NCBI RefSeq assembly: GCF_009914755.1
Contig: NC_060932.1
Length of the DNA stretch: 64,000 bases
Direction: 5' to 3' (one strand)
Origin: the human T2T-CHM13v2.0 reference genome, Homo sapiens
Shown: piece by piece, positions 12,846-26,444 of the stretch
Layout: each line of letters opens with the position of its first letter
Numbering within the stretch: position 1 is the stretch's first letter
Program-made: the position numbers and the translations under genes
The notes under the pieces: model-generated
What the model saw: only the letters and a program-made list of their open reading frames with translations
Told to the model about the DNA's origin: nothing
Database searches by the model: none

Positions 12846-14028
12846 GATTTGATTTTTTATGTGTTGTGGTAGTGTTTAACATTTGTTATTTTTTGAAATG
12901 GATAAGCACTTAAACATCATTTATTTTTAAGACCCTGTTTCATTGCAATAATTTTGCCTTAAATTATGTTATTATGTGTGCGTAAATAAAAATATAGACT
13001 TTTTTTTTGTTCCATTGGTTTTTCTGCCTGTCCTGTCTCATTACTGTAATTACTAGTGGCTCATACTTAGTTTTTACCTCTAGTAGTATACATCTTTTAA
13101 CTTAGTTCTTAATTTCCTTGGCTATTCTTGGTTCTTTGAAATTCCACACCTTTTAGTATTAGCTTTACAATTTCTATAAAAAGCCTATTAAGCTTTTGAT
13201 TGGAATTGTGTAAAATCTAGAGATCAATTTGGGGAGAACTGACATCTTTATAATACTGAGTGTTCCAGCCCATGAATATGACACATCTTTTTATTTTATT
13301 GATGTTATTATACATTGTATTTAAACTTGTTTTTAATGCATTTTGCTGGAATATAGAAATATAGTTTATTTTTATGTGTTGACCTTGGATCCTGGGACCC
13401 TGATAAATTCACTTAGTTCTAGGGTAGCTTATCAGTTGATTTTATTGTATCTTCTAGGTACATAATTGTATCATTCACAAATAATGAAGGTTTTATTTAT
13501 TGCTTTTCAATTTTTAAACTTTTTATTACCTTTTCTTCATTTATTGCTCTGGCTAGATCCTGTAGTGCAATGTTGAAGAGCAGTGGTGACAGCAGCCATT
13601 GTTTCCTTGGTCTAATCTCACAGGAAAATTTTTTCACTATTTCACAATTAAGTGTGGTATTTGCTGTGGCTTTTTTATTTTATTGGAGATAGAAGTTCTT
13701 TTCTATTTCTACCTTGCTTAAACATTTTAAACATGAATGGATATTTTTGTTAAATTTTATCTGCATCTAAGTGGATCATAAAATTTTTCCCTGTATTTTG
13801 CTAATGGAGTTTGAATATTAAACCAACTTTGCATTCCTGGAATAAATTCAACTTAGTTGTGATATGTTATTCCTTTAAAGATTCAGGAATAAAGATTCCT
13901 TTATTAGATTCAATTTCCTGATATTTTAATTTTTAAAATTTATATTAATGAGTGTTTATATTAATGAGAGCCATTGACCTGTAAGTTTTCTATATTATAA
14001 TATTTATCATGCCTTGGTATCAAATTTA

Positions 14029-14384
<356 letters not shown>

Positions 14385-14849
14385 CTATGCTCTGGAGCTC
14401 TGGAGTCAGTTTTTGTAAGATGGCTATTCTTTCCTTCTTAAATATTTAAAATAATTCATTAGTGATGCTACCAGGGCCTAACATTTCCTTTTGGGGAAGA
14501 TTTTTAAATTATCAGTATAATTCATGCAATTGATACAGTATTTTGTGTTTTCCATGTCTTATGAGTCAGTTGTATTTTTCAAGGATTTTCCCTTTCAAGT
14601 AAATTTTAGAAAGAAACAAATTAGCATAGAATTGTTCAATTCAATGAAGATTTTTATTTTGGAAGAAGTGCTCATGAGTCTTGGTCAGGAGTAAGTGGAC
14701 CTAAACTGTTCAGAGAATTTTATGGGGATTTCACAGATTATGCCAAAGACGGACTTCTTCCTCTTTGAAATAAAGCAATATCAATGAAAATAATGTCAGT
14801 TGGTTGAAAGTATGTTTTATCGCTTCTCTCTCTCTCTCTTTTTTTTTTT

Positions 14850-15662
14850 TTAAACTAAGGAACTACTCCAAAATTTAATGGCTCACAACAGCGATCATTT
14901 ATTTAGCTCTCCATTCTGAGCGTGAGAAGCCTGCTCTGGGCTGGCTTTGGCTCACTGTGGCTAGGTACACTCAGAGCCTGTGGCTAGTTGGTGGCTTGGA
15001 CAGGCCTGAGGGTGGCTGATGATGGCAATAGTAGAATTGAGGCCGGGCGTGGCAGTGGCTCACGCCTGTAGTTCCAGCACTTTGGGAGGCTGAGGCAGGT
15101 GGGTCATTTGAGGTCAGGAGATAGAGACCAGCCTCGCCTACATGGTGAAACCCCATCTCTACTAAAAAACACCCAAAATTAGCCAGGTGTCGTGGTGCAC
15201 ACCTATAGCTTCAGCTACTCAGAGGATGAGGTAAGAGAATCGCTTGAACCCAGGAGGCAAAGGTTGCAGTAAGCCAAGATAGTACCACTGCACTCCAGCC
15301 TGGGTGACAGAGTGAGTCTCCATCTCAAAAAAAAAAAAATCATCTCAAAAAATGATAATAATAATAAGTAGAAACGGCTGAGAGGTTAGTGGTGTTTTCA
15401 TCAATGGCTATGCAATCTTTGTGACCTCATTCTCTAGAAGGTTTGCCTGGACTTGTTCTCATACCACTCAGAGTTCCAAGAGAAGCAGCAAAACAAATTC
15501 CTAATGCGTAAGCACTTTTCAATTATTTGCTTGTGTCACAGTTTCTGCTAACCATTTGGCCAAAAGCTAGGTGGCCAAGCCCAGCCTGTGTGAGAATAGT
15601 ACATGAAAGGCAATGGATATAGAAGTATCAACAAAACAAGGCTAGAACAATCAGTCCACCAG
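14850..15662 (-). mobile_element. MaLR LTR (MLT1G/H/I-like), interrupted by Alu
   Basis: aactactccaaaatttaatggctc.caacagcgatcatttatttagctc...; aatgcgtaagcacttttcaa...tgcttgtgtcac...ttggccaaa...tggccaagccca. Confidence 0.75.
15041..15365 (+). mobile_element. AluS
   Basis: Full dimer; tail contains a duplicated catctcaaaaaa and (aat)n. Confidence 0.96.
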
Positions 15663-17244
15663 AATGTGTGATATATTTGCAGCTCCAGTTATGGTGAAAG
15701 ACTTAATTTTGGATACATGTAAAACAAAACCCTGCTAAACAATGATGATGGCGTTTTTTCATTCAGAGGCAAAGATAAATTATAACTGGTAGAGGGGAAA
15801 ATCCCAAATAACCTAAATTCTGCTGAGAAAAATGATTTATACAATTATTGTGGCTTTAAAGTACATGTTTTGGATGTATGTGAAAGAACCCAATAATCTG
15901 TGCCTGGGTGAAAGGTGAAACTCAGTATTTGTGGTGAGAGGTGCATTATTATGCAAACTGCCCAATAACACGTTTTAATACACGGAGATAGTTAACCTGG
16001 ATCTGCTCTGGGGCGTGGAAAGAAAAGGAAATGAAATATCTTAGCAGGGCAGGGGGAGGCTGTGAAAAATGTGGGGAGGGCTTTGTGATGGAATAGGAAA
16101 AAAGCAAGATGAATTTAAGGCGTTGTTAGGGAAATAAATATGTCTGTGGAGAATAATATTAATAACTAACATTTGAGAGCTAAGGGCTTTGTATTATTTA
16201 TTTTAGCCCTTATAACAACCTTATGTTTACATAAAACTGTCAGGATAGAAATCATATACAGCACTAAATTATCAAGGAGAGGGTAGCCAAGAAGAGGAGA
16301 CAAGGAAGATTTCCCATGGGAAAGGGCATGTTGTCTAAGATCTATAGGGTAAGAAAACAAGATGGGAAGAAGTTTTAGAAAAAACCTACAGAGGAGACGA
16401 TATAGATGGAAAGATGTGGCCGTGCACTGCATTCAAGGTGATTAAAATATTCAGATAGAGGATAATTAAAAGGGAGAGAAATAGAAGATGTTCAAAGGAA
16501 GCATCTATGATAGTTAAATTCTACACAAGTGTGGAAAATATGTAACCTCAGGTAGGAACATGTAACACAGACAGCACACAAGAAAGCTAGAAGAACTTCT
16601 AGAGTCTCTCACAGAGAAAATAAACTGGCAACTTCTCGTTATAGAAAAGAGGAAATCTGTTGAATGCAAATAAATTTCAGAAAGAGGTCATGACTTTCCT
16701 TCCCTGATTTACAAAGCAGAAGAAAGGCACACTGGAATGAGGACTCCATACACACACATGCACATAGACACACACGTGCAGACATACAAAATGTAGATGT
16801 CTAAATGTTGTGTAATACCTGTTTTAGAAGGCATGTGATTGAAATGGGAGAAGATTTGATACTTTAAAAATGTGTTTGCACTTTTCCAAAGCCCAAAAGG
16901 AAAAAGAATAAAAGGAATATTAAAAAAAAGAATTTACAGACAATTAAAGGAAGGGAGATCCAATTTTTTTTTTTGCATAAGAAAACCATGATGTTAGGAG
17001 ACTACAGGTCTCCCTATAATTTACTAAAAGTTATCAGAAAGTGGTTATCAGTCTTATGAATACTCTGAAAGGATATTCATAAAGAATCTGAAAGAATTCA
17101 TTTACAATTTGTGGCTGCTTCCCCTTCCAAACAAGTAGAATATTTACCAGGTTAAGGGAGGCAAAAAGATTAAAGAACAGTGGCTTGATTCAGAAGCAGT
17201 GTGTTCTTTTCTGCAGGATTGGGAAGTCTCCAGAAGGACAGGGT

Positions 17245-17439
17245 GAACTGCCTTACTAGTCATGTGTGGGCCATGAACCTGCAGTAGCAGCATCACCTGG
17301 GAGCTTGTGAGAAACATGGAATCTCAGGAGGCCCCACCTCAAGACTAATGAATCAGAAACTCTGTGGTTGGTGTCTAGTAATCTGTGTTTCTAAAGCCCT
17401 CGAGGTGATTCTATTACACGCTGAAGTTTGAGAGTACTG
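17245..17439 (-). mobile_element. MER5A-like hAT-Charlie MITE
   Basis: agcagcatcacctgggagcttgt.agaaa...gaatcagaaactctg...aggtgattct...ctgaagtttgagagtactg. Confidence 0.88.
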
Positions 17440-17660
17440 GGTTAGAGGGCACATGGGATGATATCACAAAAATAAAGTGAATCCAAAAAGGAAGAAAACA
17501 ATTTTCTTCCTTAAATATAGAGGTCCGTGTATTCAACAAAAAGTTATTGATTGTTTACTGTACAATGGTTAAACAAGATTAATGGATCTCAACATTTTCA
17601 TCACAAAGAATCATTTTTGTTATTCCCATCATCCGGTTAATTTATGAACCATGCTTAGAG

Positions 17661-17860
17661 CAGGATTTCTCAACAGCAGCACTGCTGACACTTTGGGCCA
17701 GTTGTGGGAAGCGGTCTTCTTCACTGTTGGTGATTTAACAGCATTGCTGGCCTCTACCCACTTGATGCTAATAGAATCCTCCTTTGTGACCCCCAAAAAT
17801 GTCTCCAGGCACTGCCAAATGTCCTCTGGGAAGCAAAATCATCCCTGGTTGAGAACCAGA
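17661..17860 (-). mobile_element. MER20 hAT-Charlie MITE
   Basis: caggatttctcaac...ctggcctctacccact.gatgc...aaaaatgtctccag.cactgccaaatgtcc...ggttgagaacca. Confidence 0.92.
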
Positions 17861-18378
17861 GGTTTAAAGGAAAACAAAAATTAAGCAATATATATTTGTT
17901 AATATTATAGTTATCTATTTTTATTATGTAACTGACATAATGTTAGTCAAACACATGTAACTGACAGAGCATGAGGCAAATAAAAGTCTTTCACTTCATA
18001 GACCAACTGCATTTGCAGATCAAATCCTGGCTGTCTGGTATATTTGACCAGGGGCAAAGGTAGGGATTCTTTTAAAAAACCTCAGTTCCATCATAGAAAA
18101 AACAATCATAAAATATTTGCTATTCAATGATTAAATATAATAAAGTATAGAAAGTGCTTGAAATAGCTCAGTACTCCTATTTCTCTTCTTACAGAATTCC
18201 AAATGTCTGTAACTCAATAGGGGCACCAAACTAAAATTCTCTTTAAAATCTCTCCCTGGCTCAACATTCTCTGGTTCTAGTTACATCTATATCTGAAAGT
18301 TCAGATTTTGTCGTTGTTGTTTAAAGATTCTTCTGTGATCTCATGAGAGCTATTCATACTCGCATTAGAAAAGTACAG

Positions 18379-18402
18379 ACACACACACACACACACACAC
18401 AC
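18379..18402. repeat. (AC)12 microsatellite
   Basis: Direct reading. Confidence 0.95.
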
Positions 18403-19389
18403 CATTTTTCCAGGTTCAGGATGTTTTCCAAGCTTGTGAAACTCAAGTCTCAGGTTAAAACCCTCTGATAAATATGTCGACAGCCCAGGAGTGGGCAGGT
18501 AGGGGTGACAAGATCTGTGCAAAAGACAGAACTGAGGTTGATGTAGGGAAAGTAAAAGATGCCACTCTTCTAACCTGAAAGTAGTAAAAGCTGGAATGGA
18601 CATTTTAGCACTAGTTTGAGGTGGCAATAAAAGAGAGGAACTGTGACAGAATCCTATTAGAACAGCAAGAAATAGAAAACATGTCAAGAGGGACAACCAG
18701 GAGGAGGGAGCTTTGTTCTGCTGAAGACAAGCTAAGATAAAAGTCGGTGTTATTGAACTTGGGGGCATGAAAAATTTAGTGCATGTGGGAAGACAAGGAA
18801 GGGATCAACACTGAGAATGTACTGTAGGGGAGGCGTTCTGCAAACATTTGTAAAAGCAATGTGTGTTAATTGTCGTAGAGAGACAACTACTCCTTAACCA
18901 GTTGTTTTTGCTGATGATGAATGGAGATGTTTAAAGAACTATTTCAAAAGCAATAACAGATTTATCCAGGAGACAAAGGCATGTGCATTAGTGCTAGGGT
19001 TTCAGTCCAAAATGGGGGAATTTCCTAATAGATATCACAGCCCAAGGAATAAACAGTATAAAATGACTGTAGACGTGGAGAGTTTCCTGTGGCTATGGAA
19101 ACCTCTGCTGACTTCTTACAACTTTGGAAGATTCAAAGAAAGTCTTAACCATTATTTTACCTAATACAGTGAGAAAAACTGAGATATTTCACAGAATGGA
19201 ACAAATGATGTTAAGTTTATATTTAAAAGAGAACAGTAGATTTAAAGCTGAGAGCCTCTACAATTACCAATACTGCTTACCAGGTATGTATACATAGAAA
19301 TTCAGATGCAAAACTGAAGAGAGAGACCATGCTTTTAGATACAGAACATAGCCCACTGAATATAGAAGGGGTGGTGAGAAAGCAAAAAT

Positions 19390-19950
19390 AATGAGCTGGT
19401 TAAGTATAGGAGTTGAGAATCAGACAGAAATGAATTCAAATTATTGTTTGACGTGAGGTTTGCAAGGTATTTTCTTTTCTAAGCTTTATGTTTCTTATCC
19501 ATAAAATGGGTGTGAGTATACATATCTCTAAGGACTGTCCTGGACATTAGGTAACATATGAAAAGATAATGTATTAAAAATACCTGATGCAGTCAGGTGC
19601 AGTGGCTTATGCTTGTAATCCCAGCACTTTGGGAAGCTGGGGCAAATGGATCACTTGAGGTCAGGAGTTTGAGACAAGCCTGGCCAACATGGTGAAACCC
19701 CATCTCTACTAATAATACAAAAATTAGCCAGGCGTGGTGGCACATGCCTGTAGTCTCAGCTACTCTGGAGGCTGAGGCAGGAGAATGGCATGAACCCGGG
19801 AGGCAGAGCTTGCGGTGAGCTGAGATCATGTCATTGAACTTCAGCTGGGGCAACAGAGCAAGATTCTGTCTCAAAAAAAAAAAAAAAAGAAAAGAAAAAA
19901 AAAAACCCTGATGAATAGAAAATTCTTAACATATGGTGGTTATTGTTTTA
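19390..19950 (+). mobile_element. MIR SINE split by Alu insertion
   Basis: ggttaagtataggagtt.agaatcagacaga...tttcttatccataaaatggg..., resumes after the Alu with cctgatgaatagaaaattcttaa. Confidence 0.65.
19591..19900 (+). mobile_element. Alu with S-type left arm and Y-type positions in right arm
   Basis: Full dimer with A tail; TSD aaaaatacctgatg / aaaaaccctgatg. Confidence 0.96.
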
Positions 19951-21054
19951 TTCAATGTTCACTGTGTTCTAGGCACTTTCATGTATTTGTTTAACCCTGA
20001 CAGCCATGATGTGAAGTCCATATGATTGTGTACATATACACTATATATATTTTTATAAGAAGTATGAGGACATGAAATAATGATTGAAATGTTAAATCAC
20101 AGCAATAATTTTTAACTTTGTAATTTTAGTATTCCTAATGGCTCTTAAGGTAAAGCAACTCTCTGTGGAGAGGGGACATGGTTTACCCGTTTCTGTGTCC
20201 CTCATCTCATAGTACAGTGCCTTGAACCCTGTGTGGATTTATGCCTATGTGTTAGAATGACATCTTATAGAATCATGCATTTAAAGTAGGAAAAGCCTCA
20301 GTGATCATGTAGTTCTGTTCTTTTCATACAGACAGTGGGATTTTAAAAAGAATGAATTTCTAAAGGTCACATGCTAATTAGTTGAAAAGTATAGACTAGA
20401 ATGTAGCTTGTCCGATTCAGTTTCTAGAGTTGTTGAATGCTTTTTCTTTGTATGAGAAGTCTTAGTTCCTGGAGGGGGTGATGAGGGCCTTGAGGAATGT
20501 ATAGATACCCCTGCAGAATGACTCCCGCGGCTTCCCAGAATGAGGGCTTTGCAGAGCCCTCTCTGTAGGCAAGTACTTGGCAGGGGGTCCATGCTCAACA
20601 GCTGCTTCCACAGTTGTTCACTCTAAGACAAGCTTTTAAAAAGATAGTTCCTATGTTATAAATGATAAAGATCGCTTCCTGCAACTTAGTACCCCAAATG
20701 TGTCTGCTGTGTGAGGAGGAAGAATTGGGCCTTTGCCTATTATAAGTCTAATGTGCACTGATCCTGGAATTTCTTAGGTGGAAGAATAAATTGAGTTTTA
20801 AGCCTCTTCAAAGTATGTAGGGAGGTGTGTGTGTGTGTTGGGGTTTGGGGAGGCATCAAGAAGGGTGAATGTAATAGGATCACACTTACTAAAGCCTGGG
20901 TAAGTTTCACTCATCAAAATTTGCAAAAAGATATAGTTTTATTGAGGCCCTCCTAATCTCCTAGCACTTTGACTTTTTTTTTAAGGAAATATTCTTGTAT
21001 CAGTCATTTCCACCCAATCTTCACTCATATCAGCTGGGCCTGTTTGCTCTGACG

Positions 21055-21262
21055 TTGAATAGTCTTGGATCTGCACCCTGACCCAGGCTGTGAGGCTCAG
21101 AGAGGTTCCTCTATTTCTCTGAGCCTCCTGTTTGTTTCAACTGTGAAGGGGGAAGAATACTAGTGCCTATCCACCTAATTGTGAGGATTAAATGAAAATT
21201 ACACAAAAATGTTTAGTGCAGTGCCTTCCAGGGTAGGCCCTTCTTGTGTCTTTTTATTATGA
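21055..21262 (+). mobile_element. MIR SINE
   Basis: tctctgagcctc.tgttt...ctgtgaaggggg...ttgtgaggattaaatgaaa. Confidence 0.75.
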
Positions 21263-22494
21263 TTAGTACTCTCAGGAGGGCTTACATTTACATTTTCTAT
21301 CTCTAATTGTGTACTATAAGACCCTGTTCTTCATTAAAGGGGTTTCATATTCTGAAAACAGGCTGGAGAGGCCTAGTGGAAAAAAGGGGCCCTCTGAATT
21401 TGTTCTTGGACAGTCCTCTATTCTGCCAAAACCTATTGTTAGCCTGTATAAAGACAACCATGATGCTGACAGAATAGTCATCATGTCAGTATCTGTGTGG
21501 AATTACAAAATTATAGCATCTGTGAAGAGTGTCTTCATTTCAGGACCATTTACGATTATGTGTCATTTTTCTAGCTGTAGTGAATCCAGTGCTCCATTGG
21601 AAAGTATACCTGCGATTTTAACTACATGCGCAGATCCCTACTGTCGCATAGAACAAGAAGCCTTGAACCTGCAAGTTGCTGTAAATACCACTTCACTGTG
21701 CTCACAGGGCCCCTCTGAACCCCTCTCTCACTGAGGCTGTTTCTGTGGACATAGTACGACATGTAATAGTCTCTCTCCCGAGTCAGACAACTCCTGGGCA
21801 TAAAACATTTATTTTTCTAGCCCCAGCAACTAGCATAGTGCACGGCCCCATAGTTCTCAAGTAATATTTGTTGAGCCAAATAACCTGTTATTTGGCTAGT
21901 TTGGTGTGACAATTTCTGTACCTGTGAAAATATAAACTGGCTGTTAGTGTGAAAGGTGCCAATTGTATCTTTCATTTATAAATATGAGCATTTCTCATTG
22001 TTCAGTGTGTCTGAAGAGGCACTGTTTAAATCACAGTGGTGATAATGGCAGGTTATGTGGCAGCAAGCCAAGCACAGCTGAGAGGACTGAGACAGGGGAA
22101 CAAACCTGCAATCAGGGGAATTTGATGAGGGTCATTGAAAACCAAAGTTTGACGTCAGAATCTGAGCTGGAGAATAATTATATCTCCTTATAAGAAAATA
22201 AAAAAACAACAAGGGGTTGATAAGGACTTGTCTTCCCCAATGTCTGAATCCCACCTGCTCAGGTATGTTTATTTGAAAATGTCTGGGCCTATCAACAGAC
22301 CAGTTACCTTAATCAAAGGTGGTGCCCCACCATCCACAATAAAGAAAAACATGGTATTTAGGTAGCAATTACTGTTCATACAGCATAATTATTGTCTTAT
22401 CTTTGTGCTGTAATAAAACCAGCCCCCAACCCAAGCCATATCATATGTTCCTGTGCTCCTTAAATGGCGAGAGTTTTATAAAATTGTCTTCAAG

Positions 22495-22685
22495 TCATGG
22501 GGTAGGGCCTCAAGGGGATAGAGTTGTGTGGTGAATGGGAGCATGAGATACAGTATTAGGCCAGTCACCCTAAACTCTCTAAACCTTAGTAACCTATAGA
22601 CTTACAGTGAGGATGATTTGTATAGAGAGCCTATCACAGTACCTGGCATCAGCACTCAATAAATGGTAGCTATTATTTCATCAGT
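22495..22685 (+). mobile_element. MIR SINE
   Basis: gtgaggatga...cacagtacctggcatcagcactcaataaatggtagctattatt. Confidence 0.7.
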
Positions 22686-24464
22686 AGTAGCAGCAGTAAC
22701 ACTATAAATAATAGTAATGGTAGCCACATAGGAACAGTAGGAGCCATCCTCAATGGGGCAGGCATTATGTCAATCACTTGGGGAGGAGGCCAGACCCTCA
22801 GAAAGGAAACCAGAACTCAGGAGACCTGGGTCTTAGGCTGGAAAAGTAACTTCTGCCTCTCTCGAAGATCTGGACTTAGAAGTGTCCAGATGATTTTTTG
22901 GGTGAGGAAAAGCTAGTTCAGGAGCCATACAGGGATACGGACAAGGAGGTAACTCTGTGGCGACTATCTGAAGATATATGAAGTATGGCTGGTAGGTCAG
23001 ATGATCAAATTACAGATCATTTCGCTTTTGTTCCTCCAGTCTTTTCAGTCTAGTTTGATTTTCATCTCATTTCAGATTTGCCATGGGCCATGAAAGAAAC
23101 TGTGATTTTCCCTATTTGAGCTTGATGTTTATTGGGTTCTAGCCCACCTAAACCCCCTACTCAGACACTCTTCTCCCTCCCAGTGGGGTCAGTGAAGCTA
23201 GGACAAGGGTCATTAGCAATAACTTCCAAAGGGAAGGTAAAGTTGGGGACACAAGGTTCCCACAACCTTCCCTTCCTTGGCAATCTTGTGGTTCCCACTG
23301 TTAATTTTATCACAAATGTTTGCAGGTGTTCCAACTGGCACTTAATCATATACTATACTTCAATGTTTAGTATGTTTAATATAATCTTATTTTTTCCATT
23401 AGGTTATAAACTCCCTTAAGGCAGTGATTTTGTCATGTATTATAAAAATCACCCATAGCATCTTGCACAATGATCTCTAAGTGAATATTCAGTAAATATA
23501 GTAACTGTTTATCTAAAATGTTATATTAACCTGGACCTTGGAAATACCCTAAGATCTTATCAAAACAGCATTGTATTTCCCTATTCTGTTAGCTCTTTTG
23601 GAGCTATAGATTTCTGTATGTGATTAAAATTGGAAATCACTTTGTTTTTAACAAAACCAGAGCATTCCTTGTAGTATAATTAAATACCTGTGTTCTCAAT
23701 TCCCCAAAATCATACAGCAGGGGGCCATCTCTAGTACTCACCCCTGAAAGGTAGCTGACACAAAACTTAACTAAGGCATCTTGCTACACAGGAAAGAGCA
23801 TTTTAATTTGCTTCTTGAGAAACTAAATTTCTGGGAATTTGTGATAATAGCTGGATGTGGGAAACTAGAAAGGCCTATAAACATGAGGCCCTTAAAACAA
23901 GGCATCCCAAAAATCCAGGAGGTGGCATGTACACAGTTCTCAGTTAACCATCCTAACAGCTGAGTAGGGGCACAGAAAATTCAAAATGTGATCCCAAACC
24001 TACTTCCTGATGAATAATAATGCTACTCTAAGAGCAGTTCTTTCCCCAGTAGGTTGTAAAGTAGTATTAAAATGTACTTTGATTTCCTAAACCTGATGAT
24101 GAGAATTGTGGCTCCTTTTAACACTCGAGAGGATAACATTTCTGTTGGATAAATAAGAACCTCTTCTGTGTACACAAAGAATCTTCTGTCAATAGAGTAC
24201 AGAGCATATTTCTTTTCTCATGAGGTAGAAAGCAGCAGCTTTGACTCAGCGTGGAACCAGGCAGTGCAGACCCAGAGCAGCTTCCGGCTCTCAAGCGGGT
24301 GCAGGGTGCAGAGTGCAGAGTGAGGGTGATGAGAGATGAGGCCAGCACCCAGCCAGTTAAGTCTCTTGTTTGAATTAGTTCCAATTCCAAAGAACATTAC
24401 AGACAAAACAAACTTTTCAGCTCTTAGGAGGTGACTGCACTAACTTGACAAAAATGCAACTCAT

Positions 24465-24635
24465 TAATTGAATTCTGATTACATAGGTATTGTGGCAATT
24501 TGCTTTGTATGCATTATCTCATTTCATCTTCTCAACCATCTCATGTTTAGTAAGATGAGGTGAGTGAGATCCTTCATTATGGAGGTATAGAATCTGGGGC
24601 TTAAACTCAGTTTTGTCTGACTCCAAGCCCCTGTT
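24465..24635 (-). mobile_element. MIR SINE remnant (copy A of a local duplication)
   Basis: tttgtatgcattatctcatttcatcttctcaac...ggggcttaaactcagttttgtctgactccaagccc. Confidence 0.7.
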
Positions 24636-25446
24636 CTCCAGTCTTGTTATTTGTTCTGCGTTTGAGGAATGTACTCAATGGCAGGGATAATCTTAGCACC
24701 CAAGACAGCCTCAGACTATCTGTTGAGGATGGTGTTGTGATACTGTCTGGGCTGAAAGTTCAGCCAGACAAAAGCAGTGATGAACTTGTCACAAGTGGGG
24801 AAATTCACCCACCAAATGATTCTGAAACATACTGAGTATTGTTGAAGTCTACATCTGAACGGCCAGGACTATTTATTGACTTAGTGTGTGTTAAATGGGC
24901 ACCACTTACCCTGTGCCTCACTGCCATTGCTTGGTATTTCTGCCTTCCAGAGGCAGCCCTTTGGATTCATCATATAGATAAGTTCTGTCATATCGATGTC
25001 TTTCTCTTCTCAGTTGTCAGAAGATTATAAGGAATAGAGGAGTTTTCCTGACATTATGATAACTGGATCCTGACTTGTTAATCACACCTCCTTTGTGTGG
25101 GGCCTCAAAGGAAATACCACAAATAAGGAATCTAGCAACATATGAGGCAAAGTTCACCTTAGTCATAGTTGGGCATAAATCTTATAACCTATACTGGAGC
25201 TCTGGTAAAAGACTGACTTGAAGCCTGAGGCTTATCACTGAGGCTTAAGCAAGGCCTTATCATCTATTCCTCATGTCCTGCCTCTCAAAATGGAAAGTTT
25301 GGGACCAATAGGCCCTGGTAAACTTGCCTGGCCTGTTGGTCCCCCAGGGATGACCGGGCTTCACTTTGAGCATACCTACACATGCACAGGATCATGGAAA
25401 CTAGCAATACCCCACCCATACCCTCTCAGCACTTAACCCTCTTGGT

Positions 25447-26440
25447 GTATACCAAAGGATCCTATGGCACACACCCAGGATTCTCTGCGTGAGGGTTTAT
25501 GCTCAGCGGGGCCTGCTGCAAATGTTGGGTAGTTAACACCCCTGAAACAGCCCTAGCTGTTGGGAGTTGAAGGATAAATACCCCAGCTCCTTCATTGCCC
25601 AGGTGGAATGAGTCTGGAGCATATTCTGCACTTTCTCCTAGAGTTCCATCAGAGGTGAAACTCAGTTGCCTAGAGTGGCTGACCTGCTTGATAATTGTAA
25701 CAGGGAGAATGATATTCCCCAAGAGGGTCACATCCTAATTCTTGGCACCTGTGAAGTTGTGGGAGCACATGTGGGAAAAGAGGCTTTGCAGATGTAATTA
25801 AAGTTATATATTTTAAGATAGGGAGAGTAGCCTAGATTATCCAGGTGGGCCCAGTCTAATTATATGGGCCCTAAAAACAGAACTTTCTCTATTTGGAGAA
25901 ATGCAGCAGATGAGATGCAGCAGCAGGAGAAGTCCAGAGATGTTTGAAGCAGGAGAAGGAGTTGATGCAACTTTGCTAGAGCTGAGATATAAGGACCGGT
26001 GTTCGAGGATCAGAGAAAGGTTTTAGGAGCTACAAGTGATCTGCAGCTGATAGCCAGAAAGGAAATGGGACCTCAGTTTTATAGCCACAAGAAACTGGAT
26101 TCTGCCAACCATCTGAATGAGCTTCTGCTCCAGGGAGGAGATTCTCTCCCAGGACCTCTAGACAGGAGTCCAGACCTGAAAACCCCTTGGTTTTGGTGTT
26201 GTGGAATGCTTGGCAGAGAGCCAGCTCAGCCATGCTGTGCCCAGACCTCTGATCTACAAAAACTATGGGATAAAAAGATGTGTGTTGTTTAAAGCCCCTA
26301 AGTTTGTGGTAACTTGCTATGACTTCAACAGAACATGAATACCATAAGGCATACACTCTTGGTCTGCTCCCTTCCCATCCCCCTACTGGTGTTTTCTGGG
26401 CTCCCCTCCCCACAAAAACCACTTGCGCTCACATCCCAGA
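25447..26440 (+). mobile_element. ERVL LTR16-family solo LTR, split by an MLT1 insertion
   Basis: ggataaataccccagctcc...; resumes cccctactggtgttttctggg.tc.cctccc..aaaaaccacttgc.ctc. Confidence 0.75.
25696..26343 (+). mobile_element. MLT1E-like MaLR solo LTR, complete
   Basis: tgtaacagggagaatgat...ctttgcagatgtaattaa...ttgtttaaagcc.ctaagtttgtggtaacttgctatg..aatac; 5-bp TSD ataat/ataag. Confidence 0.9.
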
Positions 26441-26444
26441 TGGA

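Noticed and set aside
16850-17240. Faint L3/CR1-like similarity (also about 22860-23000)
   Set aside because: Too diverged to support by eye; needs a profile HMM search.
21309-21734. 141-aa ORF
   Set aside because: Non-ATG start, no recognisable domain or convincing splice context; length is compatible with chance.
23713-23728. CTCF-like motif acagcagggggcca
   Set aside because: Partial match, with mismatches at both ends of the core; expected by chance in 64 kb.
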